Shown piece after piece: positions 49,432-58,217 of a stretch of DNA of 64,000 nucleotides. The notes under the pieces were generated by a model that was not told the DNA's origin, ran no database searches, and saw only the letters and a program-made list of their open reading frames with translations. This DNA is from an uncultured Candidatus Saccharibacteria bacterium (lineage in GTDB: Bacteria > Patescibacteriota > Dojkabacteria > SC72). The stretch covers positions 45,599 to 109,598 of the forward strand of contig CAZSUV010000001.1 of the NCBI GenBank assembly GCA_964610125.1. Reading direction: 5' to 3'. The position numbers were made by a program, and so were the translations under genes. Each line of letters starts with the position of its first letter. Position 1 is the stretch's first letter.

Positions 49432-50159
49432 TATATTTCTCCCTTCATATATTTAACTATACTTCCAATGACTAACCCAGTAGTCTCTGTTCTTAAAATA
49501 TTGCCTCGTAATTTAACAAATGTAAAATTCAATTCCTTAAATACTTCAATATCCGAAGAACTCCACCCTTTTTCAGGACCAATAGCTATATATACAGGTT
49601 TGTTTTTTACATCTACCTCACTTAGAAACTTCGCATCAACATTTTCTGTAGCTAAACATATCCTAACCGCATCTTCTTCAAAATTGTATTCCAAAAGTTC
49701 CTTTATTCTAATTGGCTTCTCAATCATAGTAGGGAATGTATTCCTAGATTGATCTGTAGCGTCCCTAATAATTTTGTTCCACATACCGTAATCTTTAATT
49801 GCTTTGCTCTTACCTCTGAGGGAATACCTTGTCTCTGTAGGTATGATTTTTTCAATACCAATTTCTACACTTTTTTCAACAAAATAATTGAATTTAGTAT
49901 CATTGCTTAACGATTGTATTATGGAAATGCTTGGTACATATGAGTTTTCTCTAACACCTCTGTCTTCTAGAATTTGTATTTCTACAGAATTTTTCTCCAT
50001 ATCTGTTATCTGTGCAATATATGTATTTTGGTATGTTTCAACCTCAATTACATCCTCAACCTGGAGTTTCCCTTGAGAGAGTATTAACTCGCTGTCCGAA
50101 TCGGATAGGTGAGTTATGTCTCCTACGCTTAATTTGTGTCTTACAAAATATTTTTGCAT
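49431..50159 (-). CDS. rsmE: 16S rRNA (uracil1498-N3)-methyltransferase RsmE
   Basis: IAIGPEKGWSSSDIEVF...VKLRGNILRTETTGL C-terminal SPOUT motifs; 242 aa. Confidence 0.75.
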   Translation of the reverse strand: MQKYFVRHKLSVGDITHLSDSDSELILSQGKLQVEDVIEVETYQNTYIAQITDMEKNSVEIQILEDRGVRENSYVPSISIIQSLSNDTKFNYFVEKSVEIGIEKIIPTETRYSLRGKSKAIKDYGMWNKIIRDATDQSRNTFPTMIEKPIRIKELLEYNFEEDAVRICLATENVDAKFLSEVDVKNKPVYIAIGPEKGWSSSDIEVFKELNFTFVKLRGNILRTETTGLVIGSIVKYMKGEI

Positions 50160-50247
50160 GTGCTGATTATATCATTATATTTGACATATCTCCCATTATT
50201 TTGTTTGATATATGTATATATATTAATATTCTAATCAATCTGCTCAA

Positions 50248-53200
50248 ATGGGTATTAAAACACAAAAAGTATTAAGACTAATATCAAAGATAATATTGAT
50301 ATTGGTGGGTGTAGGATTAGTTGGTATTGCTGGCTACTATGTATACAAATCCATAGCGTTTAAACCTCAAAATGTTGTAGTAACCAATATCACAGATGGC
50401 TCTGCTACAGTGACTTGGACAACAACATCCCCTATGAAAGGTATTGTATATGTTAAGAAGGATAAAGGATTACTTCCTGGTCCTCTAGGGATTGTAGGAT
50501 CTAGTATGGCATACGATGACAGAGATGTGAGTGATGCTCAGAAGACTTGTGTTGATGTATTTAACAAAAAAGCTTCCGAAACTAAAGATTCAACATTTAG
50601 TGTAAGTGGTAGTAACTTTGATTGTGAGAATGTTAAGGTTACTAAAATGGGATCTTACTACACCCACAGTGTAACAGTAACTGATTTGGATGAGAATTCT
50701 ACATACAACTTTGTAGTAGGTGATGGTATATGGAGTTTTAAAGAGAGTGTTTCAATAGTTAAAACATTTGGTGTATTAGAAACCATTGGAGAACCTAAAC
50801 CAATATTTGGGAAAGTCGTTGGTGATGATGAAACTGTTTCTGAAGATGGTTTAGTATATATTACTTTCAATGATGGTAGCGAAGGCAAGGACAGTATTGT
50901 TTACAGTAGTACAACTAATGATGATGGAGGATGGTATGTGGATGCATCTAGTGTTAGAGATTCCAATGGGAATGTTATTTCACTTGAGTTAACCAATGAT
51001 TCCTTTAAAGCCAAAGGGGTGTACAAGAACTATGGTAGTAGTGATGAACAGATCTGGGTTTTAGGATACTTCAATGGCGCATATCCTGATATAACGGTAA
51101 AGAAAAGTATTCCTACTAGTATGGGGATATTCGGTAGGTTAGTAATGGGCGTGTATGCATCATGTACTTATGAGGATGTTAATGCTGCTGCCCATGGCGG
51201 GCCAGCGCTTGATTCTTCTAAGTGTGATCTCACAAATCTTACAGATGCAGAAACAAAAAAATTGGGTTATGGAAATGTAATAAGATTATTAAATGTGCAA
51301 AATGGTGGAGATGCTAACGCTACAATACAAAAAGTATTTGGTAGCTCTGATCCTATAACCATAGCGGGAAACATCAATGCTGTGTATGGAACTACTCTCG
51401 ATGGTACGTCTACGAAAGTAACGATAGATAATGCTTCGAGTCGTTACGCAGATGTTCACGGAGAAAGTACTAGTGCAAATGGAGATGTAAAAAAGGAAGA
51501 TTGTATTGGTGGAATACCAGGAGGAGGTAGAGCGGCTGGTTGTTATAAATCTTCTTCATATTGTAGTGATACGCTTACATGCCATAAGAATCCGGATGGA
51601 ATTGTTGTTTCTTGCGAGGAAATTGCTGGTAAGTGTGGTTATGTTGCCCCCCCTAACGCCCCAGTTTGTTCTCCAATTGTTTGTACTCCAACGGGTCAAG
51701 CATCTTCCATTATGTGTGTTGATGGTGTAGTTAAGTCATACTCTAATAGTAGTTGTAGCAGCTCAGGAACTGGTAGTGAGCAGAATAGTATTGGACTAAA
51801 GTGTAGAAGTCGTAACTTTAATGATTGCGGAACAGGGAAAATATGTGTTGATAAAAAATGTACTTCTGCAAGAGATGCTACCCAAACGAGTTGTGGAGGT
51901 TATGCTATAGATCATTGCGAAAAATCTGGAGAGAATCAATATAAAATTTGTACATCTGCTGGTTGGGCTTTTGGAACTGGTACATGTGATGGTGTTGGGG
52001 GTAGTAATACAACTGCAGGAAGTTTCTCTTGCGATGAAAACAGAAAGTGTGCAGTAACCTTTGGAGATCAAACAGTAACAGTAACATCTACTCAAATGAA
52101 GAAGATATTGAATGAATCATATACTTCTGGGGACGGTGTCATCGTGGCTTCCAATATAGATATCAATAAATTCCTTAAATTTGGTGGAACCAATGCCGCG
52201 AATATTGTATCAGACAATCTGGCATTGAAAGAAGTTGCAATTAAAGAGTTAAGCATTTGGGAAGAAGAAGTTACTAAATATACTGCAGGTACAGTGCCAG
52301 ATATAACGGATAAAATTAAGGCGCTTTGTGATGCACTTGGAGGAACAACTAATAACTCATATAATCCGACAAATTGTACTTTACCAGAAACTCAGAATCT
52401 TAATCCATTTAAACCTTCTAGAGTATATGCTGCGGATTCATCTTCTGATTCATACACCTTATATATGCCAGAGTATGGGATGTATAGTTTTCAATTAGGG
52501 AATTATACTGTTTCAACTGAAGTCTCGGATGGTAACACCATATATCTTTTCTACATTGAGACTAATGGCAAGGAAGGTTTCCAGATACCGATAGACCCGG
52601 ATAATCCAACTTCTGAGGAAGATATAATTTTGAATTCTGCTTCGTATCAAATAACCTATAAACAAGAGTCTACAGCCCAGCAGTATGAGATTAAAAAAGG
52701 AATTAATATTATTTCCTTTGACTTTGTACCAGTATCAATAGATTCCGGTGCCTATACAGCTCAAGATATTATAATTCAAGCATCAGACAATGGAGTAGAA
52801 GTCCAATACATCTCAACCTTTGAAGGAGGTAGGTGGAATAGTGGATATTCATGCTCAAGTGGAACATGTACAGGGAACAATTTCATCGTAGTTCCTGGTA
52901 AAGGATATCTAGTATATGCAACCGAGGATGGAACAGTAACAATCCCAGGATATAATCTAACCTCATCAGTACCCATAGCATTCTCAGCTGGATGGAACCT
53001 AGTAGGAGTACACGGATATACTACAGCATATACAGCACGATCATTTATTGACTCCATAAATAGTATCAATGGTCTTACCGCAAACAATGTGTCATGGTGG
53101 CCTACATCCAAGAGTAAATACGAAGGAGTAGAGGTAGACAATGGAACACAATATGGATTAGATTTCTCAATAAGTCCAAATAATGGATATTTTGTAAGAA

Positions 53201-53292
53201 TATCTAAATTTGCGCCAACAGATACCAAGTGTAAATCTTTGATCTGGAATACCGGTGGAAGCCTAAATGGATCTTGTGGAAATACAAAATAA
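50248..53292 (+). CDS. giant signal-anchored surface protein (1014 aa) with N-terminal FN3-like domain and Cys-rich central region
   Basis: TM ILILVGVGLVGIAGYYVY; VVVTNITDGSATVTWTTTSPMKGIVYV (FN3-like); ~30 Cys in the aa 400-600 region. Confidence 0.6.
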   Translation: MGIKTQKVLRLISKIILILVGVGLVGIAGYYVYKSIAFKPQNVVVTNITDGSATVTWTTTSPMKGIVYVKKDKGLLPGPLGIVGSSMAYDDRDVSDAQKTCVDVFNKKASETKDSTFSVSGSNFDCENVKVTKMGSYYTHSVTVTDLDENSTYNFVVGDGIWSFKESVSIVKTFGVLETIGEPKPIFGKVVGDDETVSEDGLVYITFNDGSEGKDSIVYSSTTNDDGGWYVDASSVRDSNGNVISLELTNDSFKAKGVYKNYGSSDEQIWVLGYFNGAYPDITVKKSIPTSMGIFGRLVMGVYASCTYEDVNAAAHGGPALDSSKCDLTNLTDAETKKLGYGNVIRLLNVQNGGDANATIQKVFGSSDPITIAGNINAVYGTTLDGTSTKVTIDNASSRYADVHGESTSANGDVKKEDCIGGIPGGGRAAGCYKSSSYCSDTLTCHKNPDGIVVSCEEIAGKCGYVAPPNAPVCSPIVCTPTGQASSIMCVDGVVKSYSNSSCSSSGTGSEQNSIGLKCRSRNFNDCGTGKICVDKKCTSARDATQTSCGGYAIDHCEKSGENQYKICTSAGWAFGTGTCDGVGGSNTTAGSFSCDENRKCAVTFGDQTVTVTSTQMKKILNESYTSGDGVIVASNIDINKFLKFGGTNAANIVSDNLALKEVAIKELSIWEEEVTKYTAGTVPDITDKIKALCDALGGTTNNSYNPTNCTLPETQNLNPFKPSRVYAADSSSDSYTLYMPEYGMYSFQLGNYTVSTEVSDGNTIYLFYIETNGKEGFQIPIDPDNPTSEEDIILNSASYQITYKQESTAQQYEIKKGINIISFDFVPVSIDSGAYTAQDIIIQASDNGVEVQYISTFEGGRWNSGYSCSSGTCTGNNFIVVPGKGYLVYATEDGTVTIPGYNLTSSVPIAFSAGWNLVGVHGYTTAYTARSFIDSINSINGLTANNVSWWPTSKSKYEGVEVDNGTQYGLDFSISPNNGYFVRISKFAPTDTKCKSLIWNTGGSLNGSCGNTK

Positions 53293-53316
53293 CTAAATTA
53301 AATATATTTAAATAAC

Positions 53317-53649
53317 ATGGATACAATACCACCAGTATTTTGGATGATAATTGTTAGCGTCTTGACCATAATGGTATGTCTCATACTCTACTATGTAGCT
53401 ATGCTCATAAAAGAGACTAGAACGACTGTAGCAGACGCGAGAGATACAATGAAACAGGCAACCAAGATGCTTCAACAATTAGAACTCATAGTCAATGATG
53501 TCCAAAGCAGTGTATCTACAATTAGGGGAACAGTAGAAGAGGTAAACCAATCAATCTTGGCTCCAATTAGAAAAATAGCGGGTGGGATATTAACAGCATC
53601 TGTATTCCTTGGAGGTCTAAAGAAAAAAGAATCAAGAACTGAAGAATAA
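53317..53649 (+). CDS. small membrane protein with coiled-coil segment
   Basis: N-terminal TM VFWMIIVSVLTIMVCLILYYVAMLI and C-terminal hydrophobic GGILTASVFLGGL. Confidence 0.4.
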   Translation: MDTIPPVFWMIIVSVLTIMVCLILYYVAMLIKETRTTVADARDTMKQATKMLQQLELIVNDVQSSVSTIRGTVEEVNQSILAPIRKIAGGILTASVFLGGLKKKESRTEE

Positions 53650-53688
53650 CGTTGTATTTCTCCGTATTACTAGCTATTATAGTTATTA

Positions 53689-55314
53689 ATGAAGATTGCT
53701 CGTGTACCATCAAAAAAACGTAATATTATAACGTTAATAATACTCATTGTAGGATTACCTCTTGTAGTATATGCATCATATCAAGTCGTACAGATGGTAA
53801 CTAAAGCCAGCGCAGATACTGAGCCCAAAAATGTCTTGATTAGTAATCTAACAACCTCCTCGGCTACTATCACCTGGACTACCGATTCTCAAACCAGAGG
53901 AACTGTAGCTACAGTAAAGAATAGTACAGAAGGGTCACCTGTAATAGACACTAGAGGAAATACTAAACGATATACTCATTTTGTAGAATTAACAGGTCTA
54001 GAACCAAATACAACATATAGCTTTGTCGTAACATCGGATACAACAAAATATACTGCAACAACAGGCGGAAACAAATTTTCATTTAAAACTGCAACAATAA
54101 CTGCTGAAACACCAACCCCTAATCCTATCCATGGCTCAGTAGATGATGTATCTGGAGATGATGTCATTGTATTTGCTGTCTTAAAAGACAAATCGGTATA
54201 TCCAGTCTCTGCAACAATGCCAAGTGGAGGCAATTGGATTATGGATCTCTCTGCTTTTAGAAAAGTCTCTGACAATTCATTAGTCATATCAAATAGTGAT
54301 ACAAATCTTGTACTTGTTGCGATATCTGCTACTGGAAGTGGAGATATGTTCTCAGGATCTTACTCGGAACTTTTTGATAGTAATGGTAAATTAAAGAGTA
54401 CCCAATCTTTTAATATCGGCGAAAACACAGATTTGTATTCATATTTTCCAAATACGGCTATGTTGTTAGCAGAAAATGCTGTAGTTGAAGAGGATGATGA
54501 CAAAGACCCTGTTGTTGTTCCAGAGGAGCCGGAAGAAGAAACTCCTACTGAGGAAGAGCCTACGACTGGAGGGCGTACCTTTAGGTTGGTTAAAGATCTC
54601 TCATGGGAAGATATGGTTACTGCCGGAGGTTTAACATGGCCATATGGAGCAAGTACTGTACAGATAACTAATGTTACTGATACAGGATTTACAGTCATAT
54701 GGGCATCACAGAATAGCGAGCAAGGATACCTCAACTATGGTACAAGCTCTAGGGATCTTTCAAGCCAGGGTAATGATGAGAGAGATGGGGTGACGAATAG
54801 GGGGAAGTATTACATACATAGTGTGTCTTTGACTAGATTACAGCCTGAGACTAAGTACTACTTTGAGGTTGTTTCGGGGACGAACAAATATGACAACAGC
54901 GGAAAGAAATATACGGTATCAACATTTGCAACTTTAAGTACGCCACCTTCATATGTATCGATAACTGGGACTGTAAGTAATATGCCAGAGAGTGAAGAAG
55001 GGATTATATTTGGATATATAAAGGATATAGATGGAACAGGCACAACTGGACAAGCCGGTATTATATCTGCAATCTTAGACGAAAATGGAAAGTGGATATT
55101 ATCAATAGCAGATAGCAGATCCTCTGATGGTAGTGTGTATTTTGAATACACTTCTGCAGATAGTATGTACTTTGATATTCTGAGTACAATTCCTTCATTT
55201 ACACCTGTTGCCGTATCTATGAATGGTATTACTAGTAAGGATATTGGGATAGCTATAAGCTCAAGTGAAACTACTACTACGATACCTAAATTATCTAACT
55301 ATGGAGTTATTTAA
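53689..55314 (+). CDS. signal-anchored surface protein with two FN3-like domains (paralog of the 50248 N-terminus)
   Basis: TM IITLIILIVGLPLVVYA; VLISNLTTSSATITWTTDSQTRGTVA and VQITNVTDTGFTVIWASQNSEQGYLNYG. Confidence 0.6.
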   Translation: MKIARVPSKKRNIITLIILIVGLPLVVYASYQVVQMVTKASADTEPKNVLISNLTTSSATITWTTDSQTRGTVATVKNSTEGSPVIDTRGNTKRYTHFVELTGLEPNTTYSFVVTSDTTKYTATTGGNKFSFKTATITAETPTPNPIHGSVDDVSGDDVIVFAVLKDKSVYPVSATMPSGGNWIMDLSAFRKVSDNSLVISNSDTNLVLVAISATGSGDMFSGSYSELFDSNGKLKSTQSFNIGENTDLYSYFPNTAMLLAENAVVEEDDDKDPVVVPEEPEEETPTEEEPTTGGRTFRLVKDLSWEDMVTAGGLTWPYGASTVQITNVTDTGFTVIWASQNSEQGYLNYGTSSRDLSSQGNDERDGVTNRGKYYIHSVSLTRLQPETKYYFEVVSGTNKYDNSGKKYTVSTFATLSTPPSYVSITGTVSNMPESEEGIIFGYIKDIDGTGTTGQAGIISAILDENGKWILSIADSRSSDGSVYFEYTSADSMYFDILSTIPSFTPVAVSMNGITSKDIGIAISSSETTTTIPKLSNYGVI

Positions 55315-55361
55315 TAGTTTGCTAGAAACCATTATAATATCTGATATAATCAGGGACTTGC

Positions 55362-56669
55362 ATGTATACAGAACATAACCAAACAAAGAAAAACAAGAAA
55401 GCGTTATTATTACTATTAGTACTTGGAGTATTTGGGTTTGTGGCGTTTAAATATACTAAGGTTAAGGATATTGTGGCAAAAGATAATAATGCCGAAGTAT
55501 CAACTTGCTGTGGAGCTACAATTACAGACGAAAGTCCTGATTACACATCAAAATTCTTTCTAGTTGATGAAAGTGGAGAGATATCAGATATAACCCCTGT
55601 AAAATCTCCAACTGAAAACACTGTTTTAGGCACGTCCACTGGTGGATGTACGACAAATAGTCTATATTCGGGAAATTTAGCATGTGTAAAAAGTAAGGAT
55701 AATCAATTCAGTATTAATGGTAAAACATTTCTAGCATCCGAAGTTAACATAACATTGGATTCAATTACTGCACCATTAATCCTCTTTTCAGGATCGAGTA
55801 AGTATGATATTGAGAATTCAAATAGAAATAACCCAGGCGTATATAAACCTGCTGGAGAACAGTACAGCAAAAAACAGTCAGATGTTGTTACAACTCCAGG
55901 AGAAGGACACGATGAGGCTGAGGCAAAATTGGCCAGTACTCCAATAAAGAAAAGCTTTGGTACGGAATATTCTATTACAACATCTGATACGCCCAATTCT
56001 GAACCACAGGGTGATATTGTTGTTAATAAATACGTTGAAAGTGATTGTGTCGAGTGTGGGAATATTTCAAATCCTAACCCGAAGAAAACAAATGACACGT
56101 CGGCTGTTTTCTCGGCAATAAATTTTAAGACACCAGGATACTTGGAAAAGGATGACAATGTGATAGAAATAGAAGGTCAGTGCCCAGATTATCGTGATTT
56201 CAGTCTGCTATCCATAATCAACCCAACAGTTTGTTCAAATCCATGGAATATTTTAGCGGGGACTCTTGCCTCACTTTTTCCATCGCATGATTGGAATCAA
56301 TGTGATCCTGAGAAAGATACGGGATGTGTAAGCTCACAAAATTTAGTAGTAAAGATGAATCCAATTTTTAAAGAAACAAATTCATATATGGATGCTAGAA
56401 ATTCTTCCGCAATGGACCCTAAAGCTGCGGAATCATATGTCCCAATATATGTTTTAACTCCATGTATAGCAAGAGTAACGGGAAAATCTAGTTCATTTGA
56501 CGTTAAAGTTAAGTGTGTATGGGATATGTCATATTTATTTTATGAAAATGCTGCCTCTGCATATGACAGTAATCCAGGCTCAGATGATACAATGAGTGAT
56601 GAGCAGTTCATGGAATACTTAAAAACCGAAACAGTCAAAAGAGGATCAGAAAAACTGGTTTCAATGTAA
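55362..56669 (+). CDS. signal-anchored secreted protein (435 aa), Cys-containing
   Basis: TM ALLLLLVLGVFGFVAF; no motif recognised. Confidence 0.45.
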   Translation: MYTEHNQTKKNKKALLLLLVLGVFGFVAFKYTKVKDIVAKDNNAEVSTCCGATITDESPDYTSKFFLVDESGEISDITPVKSPTENTVLGTSTGGCTTNSLYSGNLACVKSKDNQFSINGKTFLASEVNITLDSITAPLILFSGSSKYDIENSNRNNPGVYKPAGEQYSKKQSDVVTTPGEGHDEAEAKLASTPIKKSFGTEYSITTSDTPNSEPQGDIVVNKYVESDCVECGNISNPNPKKTNDTSAVFSAINFKTPGYLEKDDNVIEIEGQCPDYRDFSLLSIINPTVCSNPWNILAGTLASLFPSHDWNQCDPEKDTGCVSSQNLVVKMNPIFKETNSYMDARNSSAMDPKAAESYVPIYVLTPCIARVTGKSSSFDVKVKCVWDMSYLFYENAASAYDSNPGSDDTMSDEQFMEYLKTETVKRGSEKLVSM

Positions 56670-56695
56670 TAATTTAAATTAATTAAATATTTAAT

Positions 56696-58189
56696 ATGAG
56701 TTACGTATCTAAAACTTACGAATTTCTAGGAAAAGTTGAAAGTCTTTTTAATAGGAAGATGTTTAAAACTGCATTCATAGCAATTTCGAGCATGTTCCTG
56801 TTCTTTGGAGTCATGAATGTGTATGCACAAACAGATGACATCAAAATATCTCCTGACTGGGAGGGAACAAAAGCTTTCTACAATGAAGCTAGTGGAACCA
56901 CTGCAGATGAAGATAATATGACTAGTCATTCAGGGCAGCTAGGTTTGAATACTGCATGGGTTGTATTGTCTACAATGGCACCTGAATATACCGAGGGAGC
57001 TGATGCCCTTATGAATAATCCAGATATCCCTGCCGATATGAAGATGGGTTTGATTGGTTTCTCAGATAATGCTTTAGCTTTTGTATATGAAAATCAGGCG
57101 AATGTTGATGTGATTGCTCATTTACAAGATGAGTGGGTTCCTGGACATAAAGAATCAAGCACAGGACTTTATGCTGCAAATGGAACAAATGTTAGTGGTT
57201 ATCAAAGTTTGATGGATTCTGGAATAGCACCAATCTGGAATCAAATGCGAAATATATCCTATGTGTTTTTTGTTGTGATAATGATTGTAATTGGATTCAT
57301 GATTATGTTTAGAAGCAAACTTGGAGGTCAGACAATGGTATCAATAGGGAATACGATTCCTAGTGTTATTGTAAGTTTGATATTAGTAACCTTTAGTTTT
57401 GCTATAGCAGGTGTAATTATTGATTTTGGAGGAGTCATAGTTGCGTTACTGTATTCAATATTTCAAGGGGAGAGTATTTCTATCGGTAAATTTGGTCCTC
57501 TCTTTAGTCAACTTTTCAGCAAAGATATGGCTGAACAATATGCAAATGTAGTTACAACGGATATTTCGACAGCTCTACAGAGCTTCTCATCCGGTATTGT
57601 TGGTGGATGGTTTAAACTTGTTTGGGCTTTGGATAAGACGATGTTAATGGGAATCGTTGGAATATTAGCAGCAATAATAGGAGCAGGAGTTGTATTTGTA
57701 GGCGCAATAAAGCTTTTGATTACATTATACAAAGCTTATTTTGAACTTCTGCTTAATGTGGTTGTTGGGCCAATAACCATAATGCTTGGTACATTACCAG
57801 GAAAAGAGAATATGAAGATGAATTGGCTTACGAGTATAGTAAGGAATGTGTTGGTTTTTCCAATTGCTTACTTTATTATCAATATACCGATATTCTTAAT
57901 GCAATCAAGTGGTGTCCTATTAAGTCTTCCGGATAAACTTACAGGAGCTAACCTAGGGGATGCTGCTACAACTGCGGCTGTGTTGGATTCAGATAAGGGG
58001 TATATAGGATTGATTATTTCATTTGCATTAAGGGTTTTTGTTCTTTACTATGCATGTCAGGCTCCAAAATTTGCTGAAGCTATTGTACCTGTAATGGAAA
58101 CAAATAAGGCTGCTGCAGAGGCTATGGCTAGTGCAAAGATGAGTATGTCAAAGATGCCTTTGATTGGTGGCCTATTTGCCGGTAAATAG
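56696..58189 (+). CDS. VirB6/TrbL/ConG-like polytopic membrane protein
   Basis: Signal peptide, ~160-aa extracytoplasmic domain, then 6-7 TM helices (e.g. ISYVFFVVIMIVIGFMIMF; LMGIVGILAAIIGAGVVFVGAI). Lies immediately upstream of a wall-hydrolase gene, as in Gram-positive conjugation loci. Confidence 0.45.
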   Translation: MSYVSKTYEFLGKVESLFNRKMFKTAFIAISSMFLFFGVMNVYAQTDDIKISPDWEGTKAFYNEASGTTADEDNMTSHSGQLGLNTAWVVLSTMAPEYTEGADALMNNPDIPADMKMGLIGFSDNALAFVYENQANVDVIAHLQDEWVPGHKESSTGLYAANGTNVSGYQSLMDSGIAPIWNQMRNISYVFFVVIMIVIGFMIMFRSKLGGQTMVSIGNTIPSVIVSLILVTFSFAIAGVIIDFGGVIVALLYSIFQGESISIGKFGPLFSQLFSKDMAEQYANVVTTDISTALQSFSSGIVGGWFKLVWALDKTMLMGIVGILAAIIGAGVVFVGAIKLLITLYKAYFELLLNVVVGPITIMLGTLPGKENMKMNWLTSIVRNVLVFPIAYFIINIPIFLMQSSGVLLSLPDKLTGANLGDAATTAAVLDSDKGYIGLIISFALRVFVLYYACQAPKFAEAIVPVMETNKAAAEAMASAKMSMSKMPLIGGLFAGK

Positions 58190-58217
58190 CATAATTTGAA
58201 TATAGACTTAATAGCTA